Assembly (NCBI GenBank): GCA_047602405.1
Contig: JASGHJ010000001.1
Coordinates: forward strand, 1,181,228 to 1,245,227
Direction of reading: 5' to 3'
Source: Anaeromyxobacteraceae bacterium
GTDB lineage: Bacteria; Myxococcota; Myxococcia; Myxococcales; Anaeromyxobacteraceae
DNA: 64,000 nt
Shown: one piece after another, positions 38,765 to 49,693 of the stretch
Position numbering within the stretch: the first letter of the stretch is position 1
Layout of the letters: each line of letters starts with the position of its first letter
The notes under the pieces: generated by a model
Databases searched by the model: none
Seen by the model: the letters and a program-made list of their open reading frames with translations, nothing else
What the model was told of the DNA's origin: nothing
Made by a program: the position numbers and the translations under genes

Positions 38765-39208
38765 ATGAAGGTCCACTGGACACCCAAGCTCGCGATCGGC
38801 GTCCCCGTGCTCGATGACCAGCACCGGGAGCTCTTCCGGCGGGTCGCCGCGCTGCTCTCGGCCATGGCCGACCGGCACGGCGGCATGCACGTGCGCCAGA
38901 CCTTCCAGTTCCTCGACCGCTACGTCGAGGAGCACTTCCGCGACGAGGCGAAGCTCATGCGGGAGAGCGGGTATCCGCACCTGGCGGCGCACGAGACCTC
39001 GCACGCCCGCTTCGTCGCCGAGCTGCGGCGGCTCGAGACGCTGCTCGAGGAGGACGGCACGGCGGCGCGCTCCACGGTGGCGGTGCACGCCGGGGGCCTG
39101 CTGTGCGACTGGCTGCGCGCGCACATCGCGTCGAGCGACCTCGACTTCGCGCACTACCTCGCGGCGCGGGAGCAGGCCGCGGGCGTGCAGCGCGCCGGCA
39201 CCGCCTGA
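38765..39208 (+). CDS. Bacteriohemerythrin
   Basis: W...LAIGVPVLDDQH, HFRDE, HETSH, WLRAHIASSD. Confidence 0.92.
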   Translation: MKVHWTPKLAIGVPVLDDQHRELFRRVAALLSAMADRHGGMHVRQTFQFLDRYVEEHFRDEAKLMRESGYPHLAAHETSHARFVAELRRLETLLEEDGTAARSTVAVHAGGLLCDWLRAHIASSDLDFAHYLAAREQAAGVQRAGTA

Positions 39209-39242
39209 GCGCGGTACCGGGCAGCGGGCGGAACCCGGGCCC

Positions 39243-40661
<1,419 letters not shown>

Positions 40662-40777
40662 CGTGCTCCGGCCGGGGAGGGGGACGGGCCCCCGGAACGG
40701 GCGGATCTAGCAGCCGGGAGGTCCCCGGGCAAGGCAGCCCCCTCCTGCGCCGGGGACCCCGGGGTAGGTTCCGGTAC

Positions 40778-41270
40778 GTGACCGAGCTCGAGAATCAGGC
40801 CTGCCCGGGTCGAGGACGCGGCGGCGCTGGGACGCATGGGCGCCACGCTCGCCCGCCTGCACCAGCGCATGGACCGGCGCCGCTTCTTCGCGCACGCCGG
40901 CATGGAGGAGGGCTACGCCTCCTGGCTCGCGAAGGAGCTCGCGAGCAGGAAGGCGGTCGTGCTCGCGGCGGTGGCGCGTACGCGAGGACGGGAGCAGCTC
41001 GTGGGCTACGCCTACGGACGCCTCGAGGGGCGGGACTGGAACACGCTCCGCGACGCAGCCGGCGTGGGCGTCGACCTGTACGTCCTCCCGCGCGCCCGCC
41101 GGCACGGCACGGGCCGTCGCCTCCTCGAGGCGCTCGTGAAGGAACTCGCCCGCCGCGGCGCCCCGTGCGTCGTCATCCAGGTGGCCGCGAAGAACCGGCG
41201 CGCGCTCGCGCTCTTCGAGGCGATGGGGTTCAGGCGCACGCTCGTCGAACTCGCCATCGAGCCGGGCTGA
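40778..41270 (+). CDS. GNAT family N-acetyltransferase; frameshift at about 40794
   Basis: Removing one A from GAATC gives MTELEIRPARVEDAAALGRM; RRHGTG motif A; NRRALALFEAMGF. Confidence 0.85.
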
Positions 41271-41395
41271 CCCGGTGCCGGACACGCGGCGTGGCGGACA
41301 CGCCCGGGCGCGGCCGGCCGGACACGCCGGAGCACAACTCCGCGTACGCGCAGGAGATCCGGAGACGGCCCCGGGCTTGCTCTGGGCAGGGGGCC

Positions 41396-42692
41396 ATGAA
41401 ACGGCTCGTCGCCATCGGCTTCGTCTGGCTCGGGTGCGGCCTCGCCTGGGCGATCCTCGGCACCACCCTCGGCGTCCGCAGCGGGGAGGTCTCGGGCAGC
41501 CTGCTCCCCGAGGTCCACGCGCTGTGGGGCCCGCCGCTGCAGCAGGCGCCGCCGGCCGGCAGCGGCACCGAGACGCACCGCGAGGTGCAGGCCGAGACCC
41601 ACTTCGACGAGAAGCAGAAGCGCTACTACGAGGTGAAGCGCGAGGTCGACGTCACGACCGAGGTGCCGCTCGTCCTCGCCTCCTCGCGCGTCGAGGCGAA
41701 GCTCGCGCTCGAGCACCGCCAGAAGGGGCTGCTCTGGTTCCCGACCTACGCGGTCGACCTCCGCGCGGCCTATGTGTTCCGGAACGAGAGCGCCGAGGCC
41801 CGTGAGGCGAAGATCCTCCTCCCCATCCGCCAGGACGGCGTGACCTACGAGGCCTTCGAGGTGCTCGACGGCGAGGGGAAGCCGCTCGACGCGAGCTTCG
41901 AGGAGGGCCACGTCCGGCTCGACCGGCGGCTCGGGCCCGGCGTGGAGTCGGCGTTCACGGTCCGTTACCGCGCGCGCGGCACGGGCAGCTGGAGCTACGG
42001 CGCCCCCGGGCGCGGCCTCGGCGCCGAGCCGGGCCGGGCGCGCGACTTCCGGCTCGAGCTCACCACCGACTTCCCCGACGTCGACTTCCCGGCCGGCTCG
42101 CTCTCGCCCACCCGGCACGGCCCGATGGGCGGCGGCTGGAAAGGGGTGTGGGAGTCGCCGCAGATCGTCGGCACGCAGGTGGTCGGCCTCGAGCTCCCCC
42201 AGCTCCTCAACCCCGGGCCGCTCGCGGCGCGCATCACCTTCTTCGCGCCGGTGTCGCTCCTGTTCTTCTTCTTCGTGGTCTCGATCCTGCTCGCCGCGTC
42301 CGAGCGGGCGCTCCACCCGATGCACTACTTCCTGCTCGGCTGCGCGTTCTTCGCCTTCCACCTGCTCTTCGCGTACCTCATCGACCACGTCGCGGTGGGC
42401 CCCGCGTTCGGGATCGCCTCGGCGGTGGCGGTGCTCCTCGTCGTCTCCTACACGCGGCCTCTTCCTGCCGCTCCGCGCCGCGCTCCTCCGCGTCGCGCTC
42501 CCGCAGGTCGTCTTCCTGGTCCTCTTCTCCTGGACCTTCTTCTGGAAGGGCTTCACCGGCCTCGCGGTGACCGTGGGCGCGGTGGTGACGCTCTTCGTGG
42601 TGATGCAGCTCACCGGCCGCCTCGACTGGGAGGTGGCGCTCGCGCGGGGCGGGCCGAAGGCGCCGCCGAAGCCGGCCTCGACTCCGGGCTAG
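41396..42692 (+). CDS. CreD-like inner membrane protein; frameshift at about 42458
   Basis: LHPMHYFLLGCAFFAFHLLFAYLIDH; second frame continues FLVLFSWTFFWKGFTG..VMQLTGRLDW. Confidence 0.75.
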
Positions 42693-43288
42693 GCGTACTT
42701 CCGGGCGTCGATCGTCTTCCCGGTGAGGTCGCCCTCGACCGACGCCGCGTACGCCTTCGCGCAGGCGGCCGCGGAGATCGCGCCCGGGGCGTTCATCCCG
42801 AGCTTCTGGAGCGTCTCGGAGATCCAGGGCGGGCTCACGACGTTGATCCGGATGCCGCGCGGGGCCTCGACGGCCGCGCCGGTGACGAAGCCCTCGAGCG
42901 CCGCGTTGACCATCGAGATAGCCGCGCCACCCGGCATCGGCTCGTGCGCGAGCACGCCGCCGGTCAGGGTGATCGAGCCCCCGTCCGCGAGGTGCTGCAT
43001 CGCGAGGCGCGCGAGGTTCACCTGGCCCATGAGCTTCGAGCGCAGGCCGACCTCGTAGTCCGGCCCGGCGAGCGCGGCGAGCGGCTTGAACGCGGCGCTG
43101 CCTGCGCAGGAGACGACGGCGTTCACGCCCTTCACCGCCTCGAAGAGCCGCTTCAGCGACGCCTCGTCCTCGAGGTTCGCGGCGGGGTCGCCGCTGCGCG
43201 ACACGCGGATGACCTCGTGGCGCGCGGCGAGCGCGTCCGCGACCGCCTTGCCGATGGTGCCCGTTGCTCCGACGACGATGATCTTCAT
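42689..43288 (-). CDS. Short-chain dehydrogenase
   Basis: VVGATGTIG, SKLMGQVNL, RINVVSP. Confidence 0.92.
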   Translation of the reverse strand: MKIIVVGATGTIGKAVADALAARHEVIRVSRSGDPAANLEDEASLKRLFEAVKGVNAVVSCAGSAAFKPLAALAGPDYEVGLRSKLMGQVNLARLAMQHLADGGSITLTGGVLAHEPMPGGAAISMVNAALEGFVTGAAVEAPRGIRINVVSPPWISETLQKLGMNAPGAISAAACAKAYAASVEGDLTGKTIDARKYA

Positions 43289-43378
43289 GTGGCTCCCGTA
43301 CGTGGGGGCGTACTCATGCGGCGCGGCCTGGAGGGCCGCAACGGAATCGGCCTCCCCTCCTGGCGCCCGCGCGGGCGG

Positions 43379-44464
43379 TCACCCGCGCAGCCGCGCCGCG
43401 AGCACGAGGCAAGCGACGCCCATCCCGAGCCCGAGCACCACGGCGGCGACGCGCGCCCCGCGGCCCCAGGGCGGGTTCGCGACACGGACCCGCACGGCCC
43501 GCGGCATCACGAGGAGCTGCACGAGCGTGAGCGAGATCGCGTAGAGCCCGAAGCTCGCGACGAAGAGCCAGCTCGCGCGGAGGAACCCGGCGAGCACCGG
43601 GATGGCCACGGCGAAGACTGCGAGCGCGGCCTGCGAGAGCCCGCCGGCGCGGCGGACCGCCGCCCGCTCGCTCTCGTCCTCGGCGTGCTCGAGGTGGAGC
43701 CGCGTCTCGTACCGCATCGCGAGCGATCCCGCGGCGCCGGCGGCGCCGACGACGAAAGCCGAGAGCGCGGCCGCGCCCGCCACCCCCTTCGCGAGGACGC
43801 CGGTCGCGGTCGCCGCGCCGGCGGCCGTCGGGAGGCCCGTGCCCAGCGCCGCGAGCACGGCGGCGGTGAAGGCGGCGCCCGGCGTCGTGCGCTCGAGCAC
43901 GTCGCCGGCGCGCGCGAGGAGGTCGGCGCGCAGCGCGGCGCGGGCGCGGGTGAGCCGCTGCCAGACGGCCTCCTCCGAGAGCCCGAGCAGCCGCGCGACC
44001 TGCGCCGCCGAGCGGCCCTCGCGGTAGTAGAGGACCACCGTCTCCCGCGCGTCGTCCGGCAGCGCGGCCATCGCCTCCGCGAGCGCGCGCCGCTCCTCCG
44101 CGGCGAGGAGCCGCTGGGCGGCGTCCGGCCCGGCCTCGACCGCGGCTTCGAGCGCGTTCGCGGCGGCGTCGCCGGTCACGAGCCGGCCCAGCTTCTCCCG
44201 GGCCTCGCGCGCGCGGCGTCGCGCGAGCTCGCGCAGCCAGGGGAGGAAGCTCGACGGGTTGCGGAGCGCCGAGAGGTCCCGCCAGGCGTGCAGGTAGGCC
44301 TCCTGCGCGGCGTCCCGGGAGGTCTCGAGGTCGCGGGTCTCGGCGGCCGTGATGGCGGTGACGAGGCCGCTCGTGGCGGTCACGACGCGGCCGAAGGCCT
44401 CCCGGTCACCGCGCGCGGCGAGGGCGACGTCTTCGTGCAGGGCGGCGAGGGTGGCGGGGCTCAT
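43379..44464 (-). CDS. ECF sigma factor fused to a C-terminal multi-TM extension
   Basis: DAAQEAYLHAW..SFLPWL (sigma2); VVLYYREG.S..QVARLLG (sigma4); several hydrophobic helices after. Confidence 0.85.
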   Translation of the reverse strand: MSPATLAALHEDVALAARGDREAFGRVVTATSGLVTAITAAETRDLETSRDAAQEAYLHAWRDLSALRNPSSFLPWLRELARRRAREAREKLGRLVTGDAAANALEAAVEAGPDAAQRLLAAEERRALAEAMAALPDDARETVVLYYREGRSAAQVARLLGLSEEAVWQRLTRARAALRADLLARAGDVLERTTPGAAFTAAVLAALGTGLPTAAGAATATGVLAKGVAGAAALSAFVVGAAGAAGSLAMRYETRLHLEHAEDESERAAVRRAGGLSQAALAVFAVAIPVLAGFLRASWLFVASFGLYAISLTLVQLLVMPRAVRVRVANPPWGRGARVAAVVLGLGMGVACLVLAARLRG

Positions 44465-44557
44465 GCGGACCTCCGGAGTCTTGCGGGTGTGCGTTCCGCA
44501 GACAAGGGAGGGCGGGGCCGGGAAACCTGACCGGGGGGCCCCGGGGCGCGCGGCGGC

Positions 44558-44647
44558 TCAGCGCCCGACGGCGAGGAGCGCGATGAAGAGCAGCGTCGCG
44601 CCCACCGCGAGGACGACGTGCAGGCGCAGGCCGGGGCCGGAGGGCAT
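44558..44647 (-). CDS. 29-aa hydrophobic small protein
   Basis: MPSGPGLRLHVVLAVGATLLFIALLAVGR; GC3 codons; AGGAG lies only 2 nt before ATG. Confidence 0.4.
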   Translation of the reverse strand: MPSGPGLRLHVVLAVGATLLFIALLAVGR

Positions 44648-44684
44648 GACTCCTGGGACGGAGGACCCCCGCGCCGGGTTCCCA

Positions 44685-44707
44685 ATCCATCGGGTTTGAC
44701 GATGGAT
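44685..44707. promoter_or_regulatory. Inverted repeat ATCCATCG-N7-CGATGGAT, probable MarR operator
   Basis: Perfect 8-bp arms overlapping TTGACG, 23 nt before the marR start. Confidence 0.55.
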
Positions 44708-44730
44708 CCGGCCGGCGGTACTCCGGGCGC

Positions 44731-45234
44731 ATGAGACCGAAGGTGCGGTCCGAGACCCGGCACGACGACGTCGGGGAGGCGGTCGAGGCGGTGGCCCGGC
44801 TGTTCCCGGCGCTCTACCTGCGCCTTCACCGCCGCCGGCCGAAGGGCGGACACCGGGCCGACGGCCAGATGATGGCGACGCTCACCCACCTCGCGCACGC
44901 GGGCCCGCTCACGGTCGGCGAGGCGGCGGCGCACCTCGACCGCGCGCAGTCGGTGGTGAGCGAGCTCGTGGACCGGCTCTGCGCGCACGGCTGGGCGGAG
45001 CGGATGCCCGACGCTCGCGACCGCCGCCGTACGCTCGTGTGGCTCACGCCCGCGGGCGAGGCGGCGATCCGCGAGGAGCAGGAGGTGCTTTCGCGCGAGC
45101 TGCTCCTCGCGGCGCTCGCGCGGACCGCGCCGGCGGACCGGCGCGCGCTCGTGCGCGGCATGGCGGCGCTGGTCGAGGCCGCCGGGACCCTGAAGCCGGC
45201 GCGCGAGTCGCGCGCCGCGGAGGACGGACGATGA
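44731..45234 (+). CDS. MarR family transcriptional regulator
   Basis: LTVGEAA, DARDRRRTLVWLTPAG. Confidence 0.9.
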   Translation: MRPKVRSETRHDDVGEAVEAVARLFPALYLRLHRRRPKGGHRADGQMMATLTHLAHAGPLTVGEAAAHLDRAQSVVSELVDRLCAHGWAERMPDARDRRRTLVWLTPAGEAAIREEQEVLSRELLLAALARTAPADRRALVRGMAALVEAAGTLKPARESRAAEDGR

Positions 45235-45473
45235 CCGGGAAGCAGAAGGTGAGCTGCCAGAGCTGCGGGATGCCGATCGAGATGGGCCCCTACTGCCCGC
45301 ACTGCGTGGACGACCACGGCAACCTGCAGCGCTTCGAGGACCGGTTCGAGCGCATGGTGCAGTGGGCGCTCCGCAAGGACCCCTCGGCGGACCGGAAGGC
45401 CGCCGAGCGAAAGACGCTCGAGTACCTGCGGAGCATGCCCGCCTGGAAGGACCACCCGCGTGTCAAGGCGTGA
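45231..45473 (+). CDS. Zinc-ribbon domain protein
   Basis: CQSCGMP..YCPHC; ATGA overlap with marR. Confidence 0.8.
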   Translation: MTGKQKVSCQSCGMPIEMGPYCPHCVDDHGNLQRFEDRFERMVQWALRKDPSADRKAAERKTLEYLRSMPAWKDHPRVKA

Positions 45474-45535
45474 GGTGGGGCGCGCGGGCGAGGATTGCGT
45501 CTGACGCACCCGGGCCGGGTCACCGGTCCACCGAC

Positions 45536-46453
45536 TCACGGGGCCGCGAGCGCCGCCCAGTCCGGGCGCGCGAAGTGGGCGCCGAGCGCGTCGAGGAACG
45601 CGCGCACGCGGGCGGGGACGAGCCGGCGGTCGGCGTGCAGCGCGTGCAGGCCGGCGGGCTCCATCGGGTGGTCCTCGAGCACGCGCACGAGCCGGCCGGC
45701 GGCGAGCGCGGGCGCGGCCATGAAGTCGGGCATGACGGCGAGGCCGAGGCCCGCGGCGGCGGCCTCGCGGAGCACGGTGCCGTCGGTCGAGGCGAGGCGG
45801 CCGCGCGCCGGGTAGGGGCGGGCCGCGGCGCCACGGCCGAAGCGCCACTCGGCCTCGCGCGGGACGACGGCGTAGTGCAGGCACTCGTGGTGGACGAGGT
45901 CGGCGGGCGTCCGCGGGGTGCCGGCGCGCGCGAGGTAGGACGGCGCGCCGACCACGACGAGCTCCACCGGCGCGAGCTTCCGCGCGACGAGCGACGACGG
46001 CTGCAGTCGGGCGACGCGCAGCACGACGTCGAGCCCGCCCGCGACGAGGTCCACCTGGCGGTTCTCGGTGGTGAGCTCGACCTCGACGTCCGGGTGCGCG
46101 GCGAGGAACGCCGCGACCGGACGCGCGAGGTAGGTCTGCGCGAAGGTGATGGGGGCGTCCACGCGGACCTTCCCGGCCGGGCGCTGGCGCACGCCGGCGA
46201 CGCCGCGCTCCGCGGCCTCCGCCGCGGCGACGAGCGCGGCGCACTGCTCGTAGAAGCGCAGCCCCTCCTCGGTCGGCGAGAGGCGGCGGGTGGTGCGCGC
46301 GAGGAGCCGCACCCCGTGGCGGCGCTCGAGCGCGGCGACCCGCTTCGAGACCGCGGACTTCGCGAGGCGCGCCTCGTTCGCGGCGGCGGTGAAGGACCCG
46401 AGGCGGACCACCCGGGCGAAGAGGGCCATCGAGGCGAGCTCGTCGAGGCGCAT
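45536..46453 (-). CDS. LysR family transcriptional regulator
   Basis: GSFTAAA, VSKRVAALE, RTTRRLSPTEEG. Confidence 0.95.
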   Translation of the reverse strand: MRLDELASMALFARVVRLGSFTAAANEARLAKSAVSKRVAALERRHGVRLLARTTRRLSPTEEGLRFYEQCAALVAAAEAAERGVAGVRQRPAGKVRVDAPITFAQTYLARPVAAFLAAHPDVEVELTTENRQVDLVAGGLDVVLRVARLQPSSLVARKLAPVELVVVGAPSYLARAGTPRTPADLVHHECLHYAVVPREAEWRFGRGAAARPYPARGRLASTDGTVLREAAAAGLGLAVMPDFMAAPALAAGRLVRVLEDHPMEPAGLHALHADRRLVPARVRAFLDALGAHFARPDWAALAAP

Positions 46454-46568
46454 CGGATCGTTCTCCCCAGGGAAACAGTGATGTTCCCCGGCCGATCTAC
46501 CGGGCCCGCGCGGCGGGCGCTACCTCTCCGTGCGTCGCAACGACGCGACCTCGAGCAGGAGCACCGCC

Positions 46569-47060
46569 ATGACCCGCTTCCTCCGCACCGATGCCTCCCT
46601 GACCCTCGCCGCGCAGCGCGCGGTGCTGGGCCTCGTCCTCCTCCCCCACGGCCTCCAGAAGACCGCCGGCTGGTTCGGCGGCTACGGCTTCGACGGCACC
46701 ATGGGCTACTTCACCGGCGCGCTCGGGATCCCGGCGCCGCTCGCGCTCCTCGTGATCGCCGCCGAGACCGCGGGCGCGGTCGCCCTCGTGCTCGGCCTCG
46801 GCACGCGCCTCGCCGCGGTGGGCGCCGCGCTCGTGATGACCGGGGCCGCGGTGATGGTCCACGCGCCGCACGGCTTCTTCATGAACTGGGGCGGCAAGGC
46901 GGGCGGCGAGGGTTTCGAGTACCACCTGCTCGCGCTCGCCCTGGCGCTGCCGCTCGTGATCCGCGGCGCCGGGCGGTTCTCGGTCGACGCCTGGCTCGCC
47001 GCGCGGCTCGGACGCGAGAGCGCCGCCGCCCCTCACGGTGCGACGGCGCGGGCGGCGTAG
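46569..47060 (+). CDS. DoxX family membrane protein
   Basis: HGLQKTAGWFGGYG, HGFFMNW, GFEYHLL; AGGAG SD. Confidence 0.9.
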   Translation: MTRFLRTDASLTLAAQRAVLGLVLLPHGLQKTAGWFGGYGFDGTMGYFTGALGIPAPLALLVIAAETAGAVALVLGLGTRLAAVGAALVMTGAAVMVHAPHGFFMNWGGKAGGEGFEYHLLALALALPLVIRGAGRFSVDAWLAARLGRESAAAPHGATARAA

Positions 47061-47064
47061 GAGG

Positions 47065-48228
47065 TCAGGGCACCGCGATGCAGGCGCCCGTCGGGCAGGA
47101 GACGATGGGCTGCGGGGACCACGGCCCGCCTCCGGTCCGCACGGCGGCGGAGACGCCAGCCGTGAGCCAGAACGTGCCGAGCGGGCCCGTCTCCCAGTAC
47201 GGCAGGCCGTCGAGCGTCGGCTCGAAGCTCACCGCGTCGCCCGGGTGGACGAGGCCCGCCGGCCCGGCGACCTCGGAGAACACGAGCGTGTAGACCCCGT
47301 CGCTCGCCACGTCGTCGCCGTGCAGCCCGTCGTCGCGCAGGTCGACCCACCCGACGTTCAGGGCGGTGCTCCCGAGCCGGACGCTCGAGTACGAGCGGCC
47401 CCGGAACGGGCCCTGGAGCCGCGCACCCGAGTCCGAGACGTCGATGGAGACCCGCACGTCGACCGTCCCGAACGCCGGGAGCACGTACGTGAGCTTCACC
47501 GGGGCCGTCGCGCCCAGCTGCGCGAAGAAGTCTCCGTCCGAGTGCGGGAGGGGGAGCTCGGTGCCGCTCACGGCGTTCGTCATCAGGAGCACGTACTCGT
47601 AGTTCCGCCCGGACGTGTTGGGAATCCAGACGGCGAGGCCCCACCGGTGGTCGCCCGCCGCGGCGCCCTCCGGCTCGTGACCACCGTCCATCCAGCTGCC
47701 GTCGTCGTGGAGGAGCGGAGGGGGATCGGGCCACGTCGGATCCAGGGTCAACACCCGGAGCGTGGCGTCGAAGGAGAAGGAGCCCTTCAGGGCGAGGTGG
47801 TTGGCGGCGCTGACCGCCTGGTTGGCCGTGTCGTCCACCTCGAGGTAGACGCCCACGTGACCCGGCGGCGGCCCGTAGCCGATCGTGAGGCGCACCTCGT
47901 CGTCGGTGGCGAGCTCGCCGTCCCGGACCGTCACCCGCGCCCTGTACTCGCCCTCGCGATCGGGCACGAGCGTGGCCCTCGGGGTGGCCGCGTCCGTGAG
48001 CACGGCCGTGCTGCCCTGCGGAGCGGAGAGGAGCTTCCACGCGAAGGTCAGCGCATCGCCGTCGGGGTCACGGCTGCCCGACGCATCGAGCACCTGCGGC
48101 TGCCACATCCGGCCCCTGCGATCGCCGCCCCCCGCCGCGAGCGGCGCGCGGTTCGGCCCGTCGTATCGATCCCCGCCGCACGCGGTCGCGGCCACCGCGG
48201 CGAGCGCGAGCCACTTGAGCTTCGCCAT
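47065..48228 (-). CDS. Lipoprotein with PKD-like domain and choice-of-anchor-X-like motif
   Basis: Lipobox ATAC; LDASGSRDPDGDALTFAW; DDGLHGDDVASDGVYT. Confidence 0.7.
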   Translation of the reverse strand: MAKLKWLALAAVAATACGGDRYDGPNRAPLAAGGGDRRGRMWQPQVLDASGSRDPDGDALTFAWKLLSAPQGSTAVLTDAATPRATLVPDREGEYRARVTVRDGELATDDEVRLTIGYGPPPGHVGVYLEVDDTANQAVSAANHLALKGSFSFDATLRVLTLDPTWPDPPPLLHDDGSWMDGGHEPEGAAAGDHRWGLAVWIPNTSGRNYEYVLLMTNAVSGTELPLPHSDGDFFAQLGATAPVKLTYVLPAFGTVDVRVSIDVSDSGARLQGPFRGRSYSSVRLGSTALNVGWVDLRDDGLHGDDVASDGVYTLVFSEVAGPAGLVHPGDAVSFEPTLDGLPYWETGPLGTFWLTAGVSAAVRTGGGPWSPQPIVSCPTGACIAVP

Positions 48229-48332
48229 GCACTCCCCCAGACTCCGGGGAGGATACAGGGCCCTACGTGAAACGGTGCCGCGGCGGAAGCGCGCGGCGCC
48301 GGCCCGGGTCGTGGCGTGGCGCTCCGGTCGCG

Positions 48333-48779
48333 CTACTTCGACGGCGCCGGCGCGGGCGGCTGCTGCGCGGCCGCGCCCGCGGCCTCGTTCCGCTCGCCAC
48401 GGCGCTCGACGCGCTCGCCCCGGCGCTCGCGGCGCTCACCCTGCCGCTCCATGCGGTCGCCGCGCCGCTCCATCCGCTCGCCCTGGCGCTCCATCCGCTC
48501 CCCGCGCCGCTCGGCGCGCTCGGCCGCGATCGGGTGGCCGTTCGCGTCGAGCTTCTCGGCGCGCTCGTGCAGCCGCTCCCCGCGCTCCTCGCGACGCTCG
48601 CCCCGCGCCTCCTTGCGCTCGCCGCGGTGCTCGCGGCGCTCGCCCTGACGCTCCATCCGCTCCCCGCGGCGCTCCTGGCGCTCGCCCCGGCGCTCGACGC
48701 GGGTCGCCTCGTCGGCGCGGCCGGCGGCGGGGAGGGACAGCAGGGCGGCGGCGAGGACGGTCGTGACGATGCGGTTCAT
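48333..48779 (-). CDS. Secreted protein made of 7-aa xERxGER repeats
   Basis: Signal peptide; about 13 heptads encoded by 21-nt repeats. Confidence 0.8.
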   Translation of the reverse strand: MNRIVTTVLAAALLSLPAAGRADEATRVERRGERQERRGERMERQGERREHRGERKEARGERREERGERLHERAEKLDANGHPIAAERAERRGERMERQGERMERRGDRMERQGERRERRGERVERRGERNEAAGAAAQQPPAPAPSK

Positions 48780-48866
48780 GTCGAGTCTCCGTGGCGGTCC
48801 GGTCAGGGGATGGTGCCGCCGTACGTGAGCTTCAACCCGGGACCCCGGCCGCGGTTGCGGTCGCCC

Positions 48867-48938
48867 GGAACCGGGGGTGCCGGACGCCCGGGAACCGCGG
48901 GTGTCGGACACCAGGAAATCGCGGGTACCGGACACAAG
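48867..48938. repeat. Three degenerate 24-bp tandem repeats
   Basis: GGAACCGGGGGTGCCGGACGCCCG / GGAACCGCGGGTGTCGGACACCAG / GAAATCGCGGGTACCGGACACAAG. Confidence 0.8.
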
Positions 48939-48966
48939 AAGTTCCTGGAAATCCGGACTGTTGGCC

Positions 48967-49008
48967 AAAAACGAAGCCCCCGGGGCCGCGAGGGCACCCG
49001 GGGGCTCC
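48967..49008 (-). terminator. Rho-independent terminator after the OmpA gene
   Basis: AGCCCCCGGG/CCCGGGGGCT stem followed by TTCGTTTTT on the minus strand. Confidence 0.75.
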
Positions 49009-49020
49009 AGCCTTCAACAT

Positions 49021-49071
49021 CCGTTCATCCCGAGCGTAGGGCCCGCGAAGCGGGCCCGGAGACGGGGGACG
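49021..49071 (+). repeat. REP-like GTAG palindromic repeat, copy A (intergenic)
   Basis: CCGTTCATCCCGAGCGTAG-GGCCCGC-GAA-GCGGGCC-CGGAGACGGGGGAC. Confidence 0.75.
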
Positions 49072-49072
49072 G

Positions 49073-49693
49073 CTACGTGGGGTTCGGCACGTCGATGTGC
49101 AGCTCGACGCGGCGGTTCTTCGCCTTGCCGTCGGCGGTGTCGTTCGAGGCGACCGGCTTCGTCTCGCCGTAGCCGACGACCGAGATCTGCTCCGCCTTCA
49201 CGCCGCGGGCGACGAGCACGGTCTTCACCGCGTCGGCGCGCTTCTCGGAGAGCTTCTGGTTGAACTCGGTCCCGCCGGCCGAGTCGGTGTGGCCCTCGAT
49301 CTTCACGCGGTCGTCGCCGTACTTCGCGACGATGTCGCCGACCTGGACGAGCTGGTCGACGGCCTCCTTCTTCAGCTCGGCGGAGCCGGTGTCGAAGAGG
49401 ATGTCGTTCTTCATGTTGACGAGGATGCCCTTCTCGGTGCGCTTCGCCTCGGCGACCTTCTCGAGCTCCTTGTGCTGCTTGTCGAGGTAGAGGCCGACGG
49501 AGCCGCCGGCGAGCGCGCCGACGCCGAGGCCGATGAGCGCGCCCTTCTTGCCGCCGATGAGCGCGCCCACGCCGGCGCCCGCGGCGCCGCCCGCGCCCGC
49601 GCCGATGGCGGTGCCCTTGCCGGCGGTGGCGCAGCCGGCCGCGAAGGTGATGGCCGTGACGGCCGCGAGAGAGAGGAGGAGGTTGCGGTTCAC
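49073..49693 (-). CDS. OmpA family lipoprotein with glycine zipper (YiaD-like)
   Basis: Lipobox AAGC; glycine zipper; EGHTDS..N.KLS.KRA; NRRVE. Confidence 0.95.
   Translation of the reverse strand: MNRNLLLSLAAVTAITFAAGCATAGKGTAIGAGAGGAAGAGVGALIGGKKGALIGLGVGALAGGSVGLYLDKQHKELEKVAEAKRTEKGILVNMKNDILFDTGSAELKKEAVDQLVQVGDIVAKYGDDRVKIEGHTDSAGGTEFNQKLSEKRADAVKTVLVARGVKAEQISVVGYGETKPVASNDTADGKAKNRRVELHIDVPNPT

Noticed and set aside
45471-45473. Other TGA stops (e.g. zinc-ribbon gene, 92-aa gene) as selenocysteine codons
   Set aside because: Downstream frames lose codon bias and add no domain sequence; stops are explained by normal ends or start overlaps
48867-48938. 24-bp repeats as a CRISPR array
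   Set aside because: Repeats are adjacent with no spacers, degenerate, and no cas genes are present
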